A stretch of DNA of 64,000 nucleotides from Sphagnum compactum. Taxonomy: Eukaryota. The first letter of the stretch is position 1. Each line of letters begins with the position of its first letter. The translations under genes were made by a program, and so were the position numbers. Location: contig OZ234493.1 in assembly GCA_965153455.1 (NCBI GenBank), forward strand, positions 29,750,213 through 29,814,212, given 5' to 3'. The notes under the pieces are model-generated. The model was not told the origin of the DNA. It worked only from the letters and a program-made list of their open reading frames with translations, and searched no databases. Positions 1 to 14,061 of the stretch are shown here, one piece after another.

Positions 1-673
1 CCCCAAATGCAACATCAGGTAGTTCAATGTGCTGCTGACTTCCACCAATTTCTTAGGAAACAAGTGACTCATTGCACAATGACTCCATCCTTCGTTCAAA
101 CAAAACCATGAGAATTTAGAAATATCTGTAAAGTATGAAAAAAAAAGGGTGAGAACCCTATGTTCATCGGAAACAGGGGGTATAGTAAAAGAAATAAGGT
201 GAAGAGTTGACAAAGGAAAAAAAGATGGGGCAAAACTGAAAAATGCATCAATTTGGGTGCATTTTTGAGTTTCACTGTGTCCATTTTGCATTTTTCTCCC
301 GTGCACCATTTCACACCAAGGAGGACTATAAGAGAGAACATGCTTTGATGTTTGCATTTTTTGTGGAAGAAGCGAGCAAGTTTGAACGGGAGGGCTTGAA
401 GTGGTTGCAGAAGGAGATCAATGTTTTTTTAGTGCCAAGGAGGTAGGTGTTTACGAACATCAAAAGAGCGCTTGCAACTTTAGGTTTATATGAGTGCCAA
501 CAAAGCTCCCGTATTTGGGTTTTATGAATGCCACAAAAGAATGCTTGTTTGTAGGTCTATATATGTGCCCCCCAGAGCTTGGGTATTTGGGTTTTCTAAG
601 AGCCACATGGGAGTAAATGTATGAATGCCGATAGAGCTCACTTGAAGAAAGAAGCCATACACTTCATAGGTTA

Positions 674-870
674 GCAAATGCATCAACAAAAGAAGAGGTC
701 ACACACTTGAGAAAGGTTGCTCGGCAAGCACATCAATAGAAAAGGAGTTCACATGCTTGAAAAAGGACAATCGGCAAGTGCATCAATAGAAGAGGAATTC
801 ATGCGCTTGATAAAGGTCAATCAATATGCTCATCAACAAAAGTGGAAGAGGTTAAGCATTTGAAGAAAAT
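674..870. repeat. Degenerate 50-bp tandem repeat, about 4 copies
   Basis: CATCAA anchor recurs at 681, 731, 781 and 831. The unit is approximately GCAAGTGCATCAATAGAAGAGGAGTTCACATGCTTGAAAAAGGNCAATCG. Confidence 0.8.
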
Positions 871-1779
871 CAACAAATAATTGTTGCTTACAGGGTTGTC
901 ATTTTTTGCATTTGAGCAATGCATCAAGATGTAGGTGAGGTGCAAACCTTTTAAAGCCATGATCATAGTAGCAAAACATTCTTGTCAAGATGAGGAATTT
1001 TACAATAATTTGGAAAGTTTCACAATTTGAGAATTTATATTGTTGTGTGTCTGGTCTCTTTTCACCTTTGTGTGTTATTTTTTCACTTTTTGTTGCAAGG
1101 TTCATGAATTTGTGCAAACCCTAGTTAAAAGAAAATTAGATCAATCCCACAAGAAACATCTTTCATACCTTCATGTACAAACAAATCTTCCACCCAATCC
1201 TATAAACTTGCATATACCTAAAACCCTAAGCTAGAATTGTGCTCCAAAAAACCAATGTAACTAATTGTCTTTTCTCTCATATTTTGTTGTTATGCAACAC
1301 ATTTTCACCCGTTTGCTTTTGGCACCTTCAATATTTTGGTGTTTTCGTCAAGTGAATAAAACATGGTTTATGGTTATAGGTGAGAGTTTTCCTTGAAATG
1401 CATTGGAGGTAATGAAAGTTGATCATAGGTCCTACCTCCAACACCTTGCCACTATTGATACCCCAAGGCAATTGTTTTCAAATGTGCTTTGAGTTTCAGC
1501 TTCAAACTTTGAAGATGTGTTTGCTACTCATAGTTTATCCCACATTTTATGATTCAAAATGTGATTCTTCTAACATCATTATATGTAATGTAAAATAATT
1601 TGTTCAATAGATCCTTCTTGTGTTTAAATTCCATCATTGTCCAATTTTGAATAAGCACAAATTTTGTACAAAATTCAATTGAAATTATTTCATTTGCCTA
1701 CAATTTAAGTTATTTTCCAAGTTTTGTTTCATTTGCTTTTATGTGTTTTTAATTTGGGTCCCATCTTGTTGAATCCTAA

Positions 1780-2224
1780 ATTTGTAAATGCTTGTCAGTA
1801 TCATTTTTTTGCCTACATACACAACTTCACTGTGTTTCATTCTTTTTCCCTCCCTATCTTTTGTGTATAATGTTTATTTTATCTCTTTTTTTTTGTCTTT
1901 TTAATTTTGTAACACACATTTTTTCTACTTGCCAATGACTACATCATCATTCACAATGTCTCCTCCACTTTGTCTCTATCTAATTCTATCAAACCCCAAA
2001 TCTTTTTCCCTCACTTTCTTTTTGTGTATAAGTCTCATTTTGTCTTTCTAATTTTATCTTTCTAATTTTGTAACACACATTTTGCTTGCACGCATTTAGA
2101 ATCCTCATTCAAAATCTTTTTCTTTCACTCTATTTATTTCTATTTTTGTAAACCGCTTAATTTTTTTCCTTCACTTTCTTTTTGTGTATAATTTTCATAC
2201 TATCTCTTTGTCATTTGGAATCTA

Positions 2225-2259
<35 letters not shown>

Positions 2260-2910
2260 ATGCATGTTGGCAAATACAAATCCCCACTCAAAATCTCTCT
2301 CCTTCATTTTGTTTCTATCAAACCCTAAATCTCTCCCCATCACTTTCATTTTGTGTATTGTCATTATGTTTTTATGTCTTTGTTTCTTTGAATATGTAAC
2401 ACAAACTCTTTTTGCCTACAAGTAGTTATAATTCCTTATTCTATTTCTTTGCATCACTTGTCTCTTTTTATTTATGTCAAACCTTAAATCTCTTTCCCTT
2501 GCTTTCATTTTGTGTATGTTTTTCATTATGTCTCTCTATGTCCTTGTTTTTTTGAATTTGTAACATTTTTTCTATTTGTTTATAGGTAGTTACAATTTTT
2601 CATTCTATTTTTTTTCCTCATTTTATTTATTTTTGTTTATGTCAAACCCTATATATTTCTCTTTTAGTGTATAATTTTCATTTTGTCTCTCTGTCTTTTT
2701 CTTTTTGAATCTACAACACATTCTTATTTGCCTATAAACAATTGTAATTCCTCATTTGTTTTCTCTCCCATTTTGTGTCTTTCTATTTTTTTCAAACCCA
2801 AAATTTTTCCCCCTCATTCTTTTTTTGTGTATATTTGTCATTTTGTCTCTCTATCTCTGTCTCTTTGAATTTGTAACACATTTTCTCTTTACTTGTAGCC
2901 AGTTACAATT
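1780..2910. repeat. Degenerate pyrimidine-rich tandem repeat of about 160 bp (about 7 copies) with an embedded (CA)16 microsatellite at 2226-2257
   Basis: TTTGTAACAC-like anchors occur near 1907, 2068, 2221, 2395, 2558, 2711 and 2871. TCAAACCC..AAATCT and TTTTGTGTAT recur in each unit. Confidence 0.7.
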
Positions 2911-5900
2911 ATATCACCCTTTAGATTAATTGAACTATAATTTTGTCATGTTTTAAATTAGTCAAACTATAGTTTTATTTCAATTATATTAGGGTGAAAA
3001 CATGAAATAAGGAGTGTGTGAACAGTCCTTAAACATTGTCTTTCAAAATTTTGAAAAATCATCATGGGAACATTATAATCAAAAAAATTGTTAAAATTTT
3101 GAAATAAATTCTTATACTTTCATAGTTGCAATTACAAAATTTTCATGAAAATTCATCGTGTTCCAAAAGTCATTTTATATGTTTAAAGCACTCAAAAAAG
3201 AATGTGGATAAGTGATTTCGTTTTCAAAAGTTCTTTTTCCTTATCAATTGTTCACCAAATCATTTCAATTATTTTTGTGAACTTTAATTTATTCCACAAT
3301 AAGGGATCCACGTGTTCAAAACATTCAAAAAATAAAAATACATATACCCTTTTAAATTTTGATATTCAAATATCCTTAAGAAATATTATAGTTGTGAATC
3401 TGTAATCATGGTTCAAAGTAAATTTATAAATTTGACTATAATGTAAGGCTTAATGCAAATTTATCATGTTATTTGTCATATTTGGTTTCAAATTTGATAG
3501 TCACTTTGAAAAATTGTGTGAAAAATGCAATATAAACAAATAAAAAATTACCATGTGGAAAATGTAGTCCTTGGAAAGAACTTTAACCTTGGCGCAACAG
3601 GCTCCTCATGCTTTCACCTGTTAATTATTTTAATTGATTCAAGTGCATTTGTTTTTCAACTAGGTATGGAAGGAGTTGACATTGACCCATACATGACCTA
3701 AGAGAGTGATTATGAGATGTTAGTTAATAAGAGGCCTATAAAGGCACCTCGGAAAGAAAAAAACTTAACGTGCACTGTGAATTTTTTTTCACTTGAGTTG
3801 CCTAACTAACTCCTACAACCATCAATTCATGTTTTATAACGAACGTAAAAAAATGTGACACAACCTGTCCCCAACCAAGTTTGGAAAGTTGTCTACTAGG
3901 ATTACAAGTTGCAATTCTTTAATTTTGTTTTCCAAGAGGAAAGAAAAAACTTGATTTTCCACCTTGGGAGGAAATAGATTATTAGCAATAGACAAAAGCA
4001 TATTTATCAATGGTGAAGCACTTGAGTAACAATGGTTTCAATCCAAAACTAGATTTCACCTAAGAATATGTCATTACAAGTGACTTGGCAAAGGTGTTTG
4101 GTCCAAAACCTATTTTCAAACTAATTGATCTTCTCATTCATGCTAATACCAAGGAGTTGAAAAAGTTACAATAATAGATTTATGGTGTAGTTTAACTAAC
4201 CAACAATGACTTCATGTTGCGGTTGGCTGAAAAGGGTACATAGTACAAGAAGGGACTATGAAATCAACTAAATAAAGGCTACAACACAAATAACCAAAGA
4301 AAAGGTGCATTAAAGAGATGTGGGAAGACTAAAAGTGGAAACATAGATTTATCTAACTTCAATGGGGGATATGCTTCTACACAAATTGAAAGTAAGCTTT
4401 TAACCTTAGAAATCACCAAAAGCCCAAGTAGAATAGCTCATGGTATGTGTCCATATAACATTTCCCCAACTAAAATAAAAAGGCACAATATGGGATAAAA
4501 TTTTAATTATAGCTTAGTCACATAGTTATAGTCTAATTGCAATTAAATTCCCTAGCACATACTATTACATAGCCTACCTACTAGGTAGCATAGGTTCTTA
4601 TTAAGTACCTATTTAGATAGTATTTGTTTTAAGTAGATATTTAGATAACCTCGAGATAATTATTTATTTTACATACATATTTAGATAGCCTTTAAATAAA
4701 TATTTAAATAGCCTATTGAGTAGCTAGTGGGTATGTAGGTAGGTACTTGTAGTTTCACATTGAGTATCAAATTAGATCCAATGCCAAGCATAAGCATTAA
4801 GCCCCCCTAGAAATCCTTGTCACAAATACAATATTTTTGCATTTAGTTTTTTGGGTAACATATGGAGTTCACATATTAGGTTATTTTTGTTTGTTTTAAG
4901 TGTATTTGATTAGTTTTATATTTAAATTAATCAATTTTTATTTATTTAGAAGACCTTGAAGAACTTGAATGTATGGAGTGTATATGTGACGAAACAATAT
5001 CTATCATAGAATATGAAAAATTACACATATACTTCAAAACTAAAGTTGTGGGTGGAATTTTTTGTTGAATTTTTTTTGGTGAATGGCATTGATATACATC
5101 AATTAAATGTAAAACCATTCAAGAGTTTAAATTTTTTGGTCGAAAATCTATTCAAAAAATGTGTTTTTGTTCATTTGTTTAATAATAAATGCATAAGAAT
5201 GTCTTTTTAAAAAAAAAAACCATTACCATATGAAAGAGGAAGAGATTTTATAGATGTTATTTGCATTATTTTTTCAATTTTTTTTATTTGGTAATATTTC
5301 ATGAATCACAAACATGAGGGCTTTTGGCTGCCAAAAATGTAGGTTATATATTTTATGTACATTGATTTTATCTAATCTTCTTCATTGAATCATTGGATAT
5401 ATTAAAATTAATTCAAAATGAACTTAGAGTTCTAAATTTTTTTGTTTATTTTTAGGATAACCAAAGGATGTCATCAAGATTTCAACTTACTATGTACCAT
5501 AATATTTATTATACATAAAATTTTTGGATGAAAACTGGTTCACCCTTAATGTGCTTTCATCCTATCATTAGTATGGACAAATAATCTTAGAAGATATCTT
5601 CTTCATTTCAACCTTATGTTTATGACTATGGTGCAATTAATGTCCAAATTGACTAATTTTGCAATTATAATTATGTTAGTCTTACTTGTCATTATTATTT
5701 GCAAGTCGTGAATGTGATTTAAACTATGCAAAAAACAAATTTAAGTTCAAATTGTGACTATAATTTGTGACTATTGTTTATTTGGATGGAAAAATAAAGG
5801 GTAAATGAACATTTATCATTCATTATTGATTGTGCATCCATTAATAAATGAAAAGCTAATGTACTTTAATATTTTCTATCAATTTTACATCAATTTTACA

Positions 5901-5929
5901 ACTTATACAACATGTTGATTATACCACAC

Positions 5930-6460
5930 GTAGGTAGGTAGGTAAGGAGACTATATAGGTACTTCGATTAGGCTATGCTAAGTAGGCAAGGTTAAATAAA
6001 TAATTAAGTAAGGTAGACTTAATATATGAAAGTAGGCTAGGTAGGTATAAATTAGTTACTTTACTAAGCTAGCTTTAAAGTTAGTTATCTTATTATTTAC
6101 CTAGCTTACCAACCTACCTAACCTAAGCTACATGTACCTACTTACATACTTAGGTTAGGCTACCTATTTACTTACCTACTTAGTTTAAGTTACTTATTTA
6201 CTTACCTAGCTAACTAAGTTAAGCTCCCTAACTAACTACCTACCTTAGCCTACCTACCTACCCATGTACCCATCTACCTATTTAACCAACCTATTTACCT
6301 ACCTAATTAAGTATGTAGGTAATAGATAGGTAGGTAATAAGTACACAAGCTAGCTAGCTTACATACTTATTTATAACTACTTACATATATCTTATTTTAC
6401 TTAGCTAAATAAGTAGGTAGGTTAGATAATAAATAGTAAAAAAATGGATAAATAAGTAAG
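5930..6460. repeat. Degenerate (TAGG)n/(CCTA)n low-complexity block. Similar blocks lie at about 4550-4750, 6695-6830 and 7230-7400
   Basis: Dense TAGGTAGG, TAAGTA and CTACCTAC motifs in alternating orientation. Confidence 0.7.
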
Positions 6461-7999
6461 CTACCTTTTTATGGGACAAAGGATGTGGGATAGTGTTGAA
6501 GTGTTTCCCTTTCATGAAATTTACTCCATATCTTTTGGCAACAAGTTGAACTTTGTAAACTATATAATTAGGAATAATTCACACATAATACATGCACTAG
6601 AAATATTCAAAGTGCAAGCACCACATGGGATGAGTCAATAAAAAAAGCTTGTGAACAATAAATTTAATAGGATCCTTTTTACCGAAACTTACATGTACTA
6701 ACCTAACCCTATCTATTTATTTTATGCCTAGCCTAGGCTTTGGTTACTAGCTAGGTTAGTTGGTGACCTAGTTGACTAAGCCTAGGTTCAGCCTAAGTTG
6801 CTAGTTATATGGCCTAGGTTACTAACTAGATATCTATTATGATTTTTGCTTAATTGTCCCAAATTACTATGATATTGCATGGGCACATATTATAAATTTT
6901 CTAATACATTGGGATGTTTTAGTTAATGGAACAATTTCATTTTCTCAAAACATGAAACTTTGATAATATTGACACCATGTGATGTGGTAAGTTATATATT
7001 TGGGACATATATTGATAGACACAAAGTACAATCAAAGTACAATGTGATCATATCCGAATTTAAAATGCTTTTTGGATTAGAATGCTATGTTCATTTACTT
7101 ACGATTTTATCATTCAAATTGCATTATGTTTTTACTTCATTTTGGCATGGAGTACTTTGTTAGGGATGATATGGAAAATTGCCCATTTAGGATAATACTT
7201 TTTCCAAGTTAACATGCTTTCAACCAATTAATAGGTAGGTTGTAGGAAGTAAGAGGAAGGTAGTAAGTGGGTAGGTAGGAGGGATGTAGGTAAGTAGGTA
7301 ATAAGTAGGTAGGTAGTAAGTGGTAGGTAGATTATAGGATGGTTGGTAGGTAGGTAGTTAGGTTAACTTAAGCTACCTACCTAGCCTAGGTAGTAGTTAA
7401 CTTGGTTTATTAATTAGCATAGGATGTCCAATTTGATTCAAAAGCCAATGGCATTTTGATCAAGGATGCCGTTTGCTTTGTCCAACTTGATTAGATGTCC
7501 CACTTGATAAAAACTATTGGTCATTTTGATAAAGGTGGTTAATCTTTTGTTCAACTTGATTGGATATTCAATTTGATAAATAGTCAAATAGGTCATTCTA
7601 GTCAAGTTCATTAGTAAAAAATACACATGTTATTTAACCATTAAACCTTTAGTTAAATTTACATGCCCACTAGTCAAAAAAGATTGGTTTATCATTGTGG
7701 ATTGTTTGAAAAACTCGTTTTTGTAATAACTTGAACAAAAGTCCATAATTTAATGTCTTCATATGAGATGATGCAAATTTTTTTTAAAAAAATCTTCATT
7801 ATATTATCTACTTAATCCAAATCCCTATTAACTTTATAATCCAGCTATTAACCCTAGTCAAAGTTTAATGGTTTAAATTTTGTCAATTGGTCATCTTAGA
7901 ATTCAATTTCAAAAGTCCATAGCACTTGTAATTTGAATCTATTTGCATAACAATCAATTGCATTACATACATATTCAAGTCTATAATATAAAAATGAGT

Positions 8000-8700
8000 T
8001 TTTATTAACAAATCTTAACACATACCATAACATGTCCCAATTTCAATCACCCCAATTGCAAAATTCAAAAATTGGTCCATGCTAGCATGCATGGACTTGC
8101 TACTTGCATTAGTCACAAATCTTGTGCTAATCAAGTACCTTCCACTTTTTGCAACATTAATAGTAGGATCACCTTCTTCTTGCATTCTCGCTCCTAATGC
8201 CCCTTCTCATAGCAATAATTATTACATCTTCCTTTTGAGCTCAACAACTGCCCTCTTCTTCTTCACCTCTAGGTTCAACTTGTTAGAACTTCTCTTGAAT
8301 TAGAAGAATAGAAAGCTTTGTCACCATTGTCTTTTCTCGTGAAAGTCTTTGTTAATGTTCCCTCCCTGATGGTCACACAATTTTATTCTCAAGAGTCTTC
8401 ATCGCCCTTGAGATGTTGTGCAAGCATGTATCACACACTAATAATCCATTAGTAGGTTGCATAAGATCATGGTGATCACAACATTTTTAGTGCTTGGCTC
8501 ACCCATATCAAATTGAGCTAGGTTGCCATAGATCAATTGCAATAATGAATGACATATGTTGGTCAAGCTTAATCCAAAGCTCAAAAAATTGTTGCTACTT
8601 GAAATGTTTGTTATCTTTCACATTTTGCTGAATGTGCATAGTAATTAAGTGACCCCACATGTTGTTGTTAATGTTCTATAATTGACTAGACCACTCATGT
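8000..8700 (-). mobile_element. Highly decayed Ty1/copia gag remnant (boundaries approximate)
   Basis: The minus strand near 8170-8230 reads CNNYCYEKGH*ERECKKK, a CCHC-like zinc knuckle resembling CNFCGVRGHWAKECKKRK of the copia element at 38.8 kb. Confidence 0.45.
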
Positions 8701-9770
8701 GCTTTTTTTCAATTGATGCATGGATTAGCATCACAACTGTGTTGTCACACTTGAATGCCTGCTTACTAAGTGCTTTAGCAAAACAATGTAGTTATGCACA
8801 CCATGCAAAAAAGAAAAGACATACAACCTATTTGCAAAGCTATCCACTAGGTATGTACGAGTTGTAGTAGGTCATAGATTCGTAGAGCAACTGATCAAGT
8901 CTATGCTCTTTGATTTGCTTTAGTGCTGAAAATGAGACTACTTAAGAAATTTAAACATAATAATGTGCACATTCACTTTTGTGCATGTTGCGATAATTGA
9001 CAACCTGGTTACAAAGCTAATGTAAATCAAGAAAAATCATTCCAAGATGGGATCGAAAAATCATCTAATCAAAGTGACCACACATTGCATACAACATACA
9101 AGCAAAGCCAAAGAAAGAGAGAAAGATTACATCTATTTTATTTCGGGAGTGTGCAAAGTAAATACTTTATTTGCTGATGAGCCAAAAGAGGTCCAGATCA
9201 TCCCTAAAGAATTTCAATTTTGGATGCACCCCACAGCTAAATTATTAAGATGAATCATGCCATGTCCATTGACAAAGGATATACCTATCAGATTATATAC
9301 GTATACCTGGATAGTCACCAAAACAAACCCTGTAGTAGTCAGTTGACAGATTATACACCAAGATGATTTTTTTTAATGAAGAGAAACCATTGCAGGCTGA
9401 AGTGAATAGCCTGATTGCGTGATGAATCATGATCAGTTTTCAGTTTGCAGGATTCAGCTGCTTTTGTGAAATTGGATGCTATTGACAGTACCAACTGTTA
9501 GAGAGTGTACCAGGAACCTATTCATCAGCCAAGAAGGCAACAGAAGCATTGTACAAATCTGTGTGACAATGATTATAACAATTGCAAGCTTTCACATTCA
9601 TCAATCTTCTTCGTGCTTACATTCACATGGTCAAGACCTAGAGATCTCCAGAGGGGTTTGAAATTGCAAATTTGTCTCTGAAGTTATGAATGCCTTCCAT
9701 TGTTGCGGATTCTTTTTTGGCCTGAAGATGCTTTGGATGATGTGATCAATATGGACTATGTGAGAGAAGT

Positions 9771-12397
9771 CTACAATGGGGGCAGTGGGTTTCCAGCAAG
9801 GAAGCTCCGGAAGACAGCAAGGCCTTGTCCAGGTTTGTCAGCAGGAACCATGTGCCCTGCGTTTCTCACTGTCACAAATGTCAACCCTCTGTAGACTTGT
9901 GTCCATCCTCCCACCTGCAAAGTGATCAACAAATCACCTTCTTCAGGAGCATGTCTGAATAGAATGAAGGTTGACGCTCACATCATTAGGAAAAGGAAGT
10001 CTCGATAAGATGCAAGCCAACACTGTTGCTTTGATCTCAGTTCAGCATTGTACCTGAGTGGAATGATTCCATGGGTACCATGGAATTTCTATGGGAAGGT
10101 CAAGTTCTTTCAACCAGTACCGTGTTCCTGTTGTTGGAACCACTCCATCAATATCTCCACTGAAACATTGCAAAAGCAGAGGTAAGTCTTCCTGATATGT
10201 GTACCTCAAACTTCATAACAGGCTCATTTTCTGTGTTTATCCAATGGATTGTGTTGTCCCCTGGAACATTACCTCCCATATTAGTGGGAGGCCCTGCATT
10301 GAAAAGATTGCAAACTTGGGTTAAATGTAAGGAAGTGTACCTGTAGATCCACATTTTCAGGCCTCTGCCTTGAAGGAAACGATACACAGGTAGCATTGAC
10401 TCTACAACACTTGCCACACTATACTGGTTGTTGACCACAACACTGCACACACCCATATCATTTGATGAGAAGCATTGCTTTTGTTGCATGATGCTCAAGC
10501 AAAATCAGGCAAAATATGACAAAGGCTTTGCTAGGGATTTAAACCTGCATTCAGTCCATGTGATGTTTGAAAGAGTGTGGAAGGCTGCTTTCACTTCAGG
10601 CAGATTTAGGTAGGGTGTCGTTGTGTCAGGTGTGCAAAACTTTGAGTCTTTAAACCGAAGGAAAAAGCTTGGCTGTGTTGCATGATCATCACAAATAGAA
10701 ATCAGCCTCACAGATGAAGATTTTAGCATTTGCAGCAATTGCAGACCAGAATTGGTGAAGTGCAGATGATCTGTACCTTTAGGACTGTTGAGCTGTTGGG
10801 TGTGTTACAGTTGCCTGCATAAATATTGTAAGCATTAATTCCTGCCATGTCAATACCTGAAGCTTGGTTGGCTGCATTTTGACATGCCAGGTTATTCGAG
10901 TACCCAACTGCTGGCTCAGATTTGTAATCACAGTTGTCTTGGATTGCATCATAGGTTGCATCAGAGATCAATGAGTGGTAGTACCAAAAATCAACAGCAC
11001 CCTTGTTGTCATAGTAAGCATCTGTCCATGGATTCCCTATAAGGAAACCTTTAAGCTTGATTTGTGAGCTCCCAGCCCTTTCATTGTGGAGAATAATTTG
11101 CTTTGCCAGGTTTGGCGCATAATGCCCTGCACTACAGAAAAGGCCATGAGATCAGCCATACTTGTAACTTCCTGGTGAAGTTCACATGCTGTTCAGGTCT
11201 GTAAGAGAAACAAGGTTTTGATCAGTTGCCCTTTTGTATGAACAGCACTTTGATGCAGAAGTTTTGAAGAAATTGGCGCAAGAAAGTTACCAGCATAGCT
11301 CTCACCCAGCAGGTAGACATCATTGTTCCCATACTCCGGAAACTTGGTGAACCAGCCATTGAGAAAAGCAAGGGCATCTATAGCTGCAGTATCCCCCTTA
11401 GACCAACTTTGTTAAATATTCTCACCTTTGCAAGACCCACATTGCAAAACCTGAATTAGTCTTGAGGGAAAAGAGCTTCAACCAATTTAATGGAGTGCAG
11501 TATGCACACATGTTACTGAAAGACTGCATGTATTGATGACTTGATATTATATGTGCATTGCAAATACATGTGATATGTGACTGCAATGTCAATTTGGGGA
11601 GTTGGAAAGCTAACCAGTAAGCTCATCAGAGAAATAATTGTAGTCAGAGGAGGTGTTGGAGTATGAGTATCCCACTCCAGCAGGCGAATCCACAAATACC
11701 ATATTTGAATCTGTCAGGTGTACAAGTAGTCACAGTCTGGTAATACTATCAAAGTTTTTCTCAATGGTACCCAGAAAACTGTCATGAATTCTGGGATGCT
11801 CTTGCTCATCAGACGGTTTTGAAGAAAGCAAAACGCAAGCATTTAGGGTCTGTTTGCGTTCCATCCATTACAACAGACAAGAAACCACATTGAAAGAAAT
11901 GAGACCTCTGTTCCATGAATGATGGTTCCTGACAAGTCCAAAGCCTTCATTCTTGTTAAAGAAGGGGCCTAGCTCTGTGAATGCACCCTCTCCTATTGAA
12001 GAACAACCTGGCCCTGCACAAGCTCCAGAACTAGAAACAATGCACTCCAGTTTGCAGGAACCAAGAAAATGGCAATTCATTAGGTGTACTACTTAGGAGT
12101 AAAATATGTGATCCGGCATTGCAATGGAGATTCTTGAACTGGGTTTGAGAAGAAACCTCCGTTGAACCAGAAAGAGACCGGAAGCGAAGCTGCCTTCTTA
12201 TTGTCAGCCTCCAGAAACCAGTAAAAGAGAGCTCGCCCTTTCGTCGCATTTACAGTGACATAGCCAGCATACTGTTTGAATTTCACTGCAGGCTGCCCCG
12301 GCAACCTTTCCACGAAGTCTGATGTGTCCTCCCCCTTGATCGAAAGCACCGCAATCAAGGATATAAGCGAAGCCCACACCAAAAAAGAAATCTGCAT
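9771..12397 (-). CDS. Serine carboxypeptidase-like protein (peptidase S10, clade II-like), 455 aa, with a signal-peptide-like N-terminus
   Basis: Nine GT-AG exons: 12397-12157, 12013-11906, 11710-11615, 11383-11291, 11126-10777, 10672-10545, 10442-10341, 10159-10054, 9914-9771 (1368 nt, frame continuous). Motifs [23 protein letters not shown] and [10 protein letters not shown] are present. The catalytic triad is GESYAG (Ser), SGDIDGVVP (Asp) and AGHMVP (His). The exon 6 acceptor is the least certain. Confidence 0.95.
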
Positions 12398-13386
12398 CTT
12401 TTCCAGCTGAAGAAAGAAGTCCAGTGAGCAGTACGAATATCTTGTCGTAGCACCTGTGTACAGCACTCTTACAGGAGCACGACCTTGAGCTTCGTCCTCA
12501 ATGTGCCGTTTACTTTTTTGCCTGCGTTGATCGGAGATGGACTTTCTAATTTTTAAAAAGCAAAACGTAGAAATCTTTTGTTCCTCGAGGTTGGGTGAGT
12601 GTCAGTCGATGACAGAGATACTCAAAAAAGCAACCTTTGGATTCTGTGTCCATCTGCAGGTTTGACTAGCCACTGCCTGCAATGCTTATCCTTCTCTTTT
12701 GGAGTGCAAAGCTGAAGCTGCCGCCAGCTACTTCCATACTACTTGTGCTGGCACCCAAACAAACCTACTCCAAGAATACTCACTGCCATTGCAGTTCATC
12801 ATTCCCATCGTTGTTGAACAGGGATCAGAATGACGTTCAATGTTCTCACGGGGCGTACACACCCATTATCTAAACTTGCTCAAATCATCGAGCTTCAAAT
12901 GAAACCTTTACCACAAGAAGAAGCTGATACAGCTGCAAAGAGAACCCAAAAACCAAAAGAAAAAGAATAAAACGCTTGGCAAAGGCTAGATGGAGCAGGA
13001 TGCATGGCAAGAACAAGAAGAAAGGGATCCAGCTTCCAAGCAAGCAAAGAAAGAAAGAAAGTGAGAAAGAAAGTAAGAAAGAAGCCTGAGAGCTTCTTCT
13101 ATGGATGGTGTGGCACAGTGCTTTCTTTCTTTGTCTTTTTTCTCTGCCTGGAGACACAACAACATACATACATACAATAACCCAAACATACACTCTTACA
13201 TGGGGGCCAAGGGCAATAATTAATAACAAAGACTGGTCCCCCCCCTGAGTAAAGAACAGGGGAGGAAAACTCATAATGAGAAGCAAAAGGGGGTGTTTAA
13301 TGCATTCCTTCTTCAGGTTAGAAACCATTCACACCATCAGAATTTGGGTTCTTGGGGTGTTGTTTTTAGAGAGATGGGAATTTTAA

Positions 13387-13642
13387 CAGTGTTTTACTTC
13401 TTTTCAATTTAGTGATTGTAGCCAAAGAAGCGGCAATCATCCCCATATGAATGTTTAGCCAAATTTGAGAAACCAGATACAACAGCACAAAAATTTATAT
13501 CATCCTTCTATGTTTTTGGCTACTTACTGGAACCTCATACGAGTTTATTTGTTTTTCAAAATTTGGGTATTTAAGAAAACCCCCAAAACCCACTTTTTTG
13601 CATTTTCTTTTTACAACTTTGCCAGGAAGGAAGAAGACAGTG
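13387..13642. mobile_element. Probable decayed hAT-type MITE related to the 13787-14061 element
   Basis: Starts CAGTGTTTT and shares TTTNGTGAT..GTAGCCAAAG, TTTAGCCAAATTTG and TACTGGAACC blocks with the neighbouring MITE. The right end and TSD are imperfect. Confidence 0.45.
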
Positions 13643-13786
13643 GATGGGAAGTGGATGAATATTTAGTTGAAAATCAGGTTATTCCATCAATCTATCTGTA
13701 GCCCTAGCAAGAATGCAAATTCCTTAGATTGGTAGAAGGATTTTTGAAATAATTTTGGACCTTCTTTTGGTTTTACTTGTAGCAAT

Positions 13787-14061
13787 CAGCCTTTTTTTTC
13801 CGTCAATTTTGTGATGTAGCCAAAGCGGTGATGAAGCACAAGAAGGTTTAGCCAGATTTGGCTACAAGCTAAATATGAAAGTAATTTTTCTTTTCAAAAG
13901 ACCTTTGTTCTTATCGCCTGCCTACTGGAACCATGTCTGAAAATCTGGCAATATTTCTTAAATTTTGGTCAAATTATAAACATCAAAAAACACTTTATTT
14001 TAGCACTTTTAATTTTTTATTATAGCTTTCTGGCTATATGTAGCCAGCAAAACAAAGGCTG
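13787..14061. mobile_element. hAT-type MITE (275 bp)
   Basis: Termini are CAGCCTTT...AAAGGCTG. The 8-bp TSD is GTAGCAAT / GTAGCAAC (7/8 match). Confidence 0.85.

Noticed and set aside
674-870. Regularly spaced 50-bp repeats as a CRISPR-like array
   Set aside because: Whole units are similar with no unique spacers, the context is eukaryotic and there are no cas genes.
12885-13328. 147-aa hydrophobic minus-strand ORF as a membrane protein
   Set aside because: Its Phe/Leu/Ser richness comes from T/C-rich UTR- or intron-like sequence upstream of the SCPL gene, and it has no recognisable domain.
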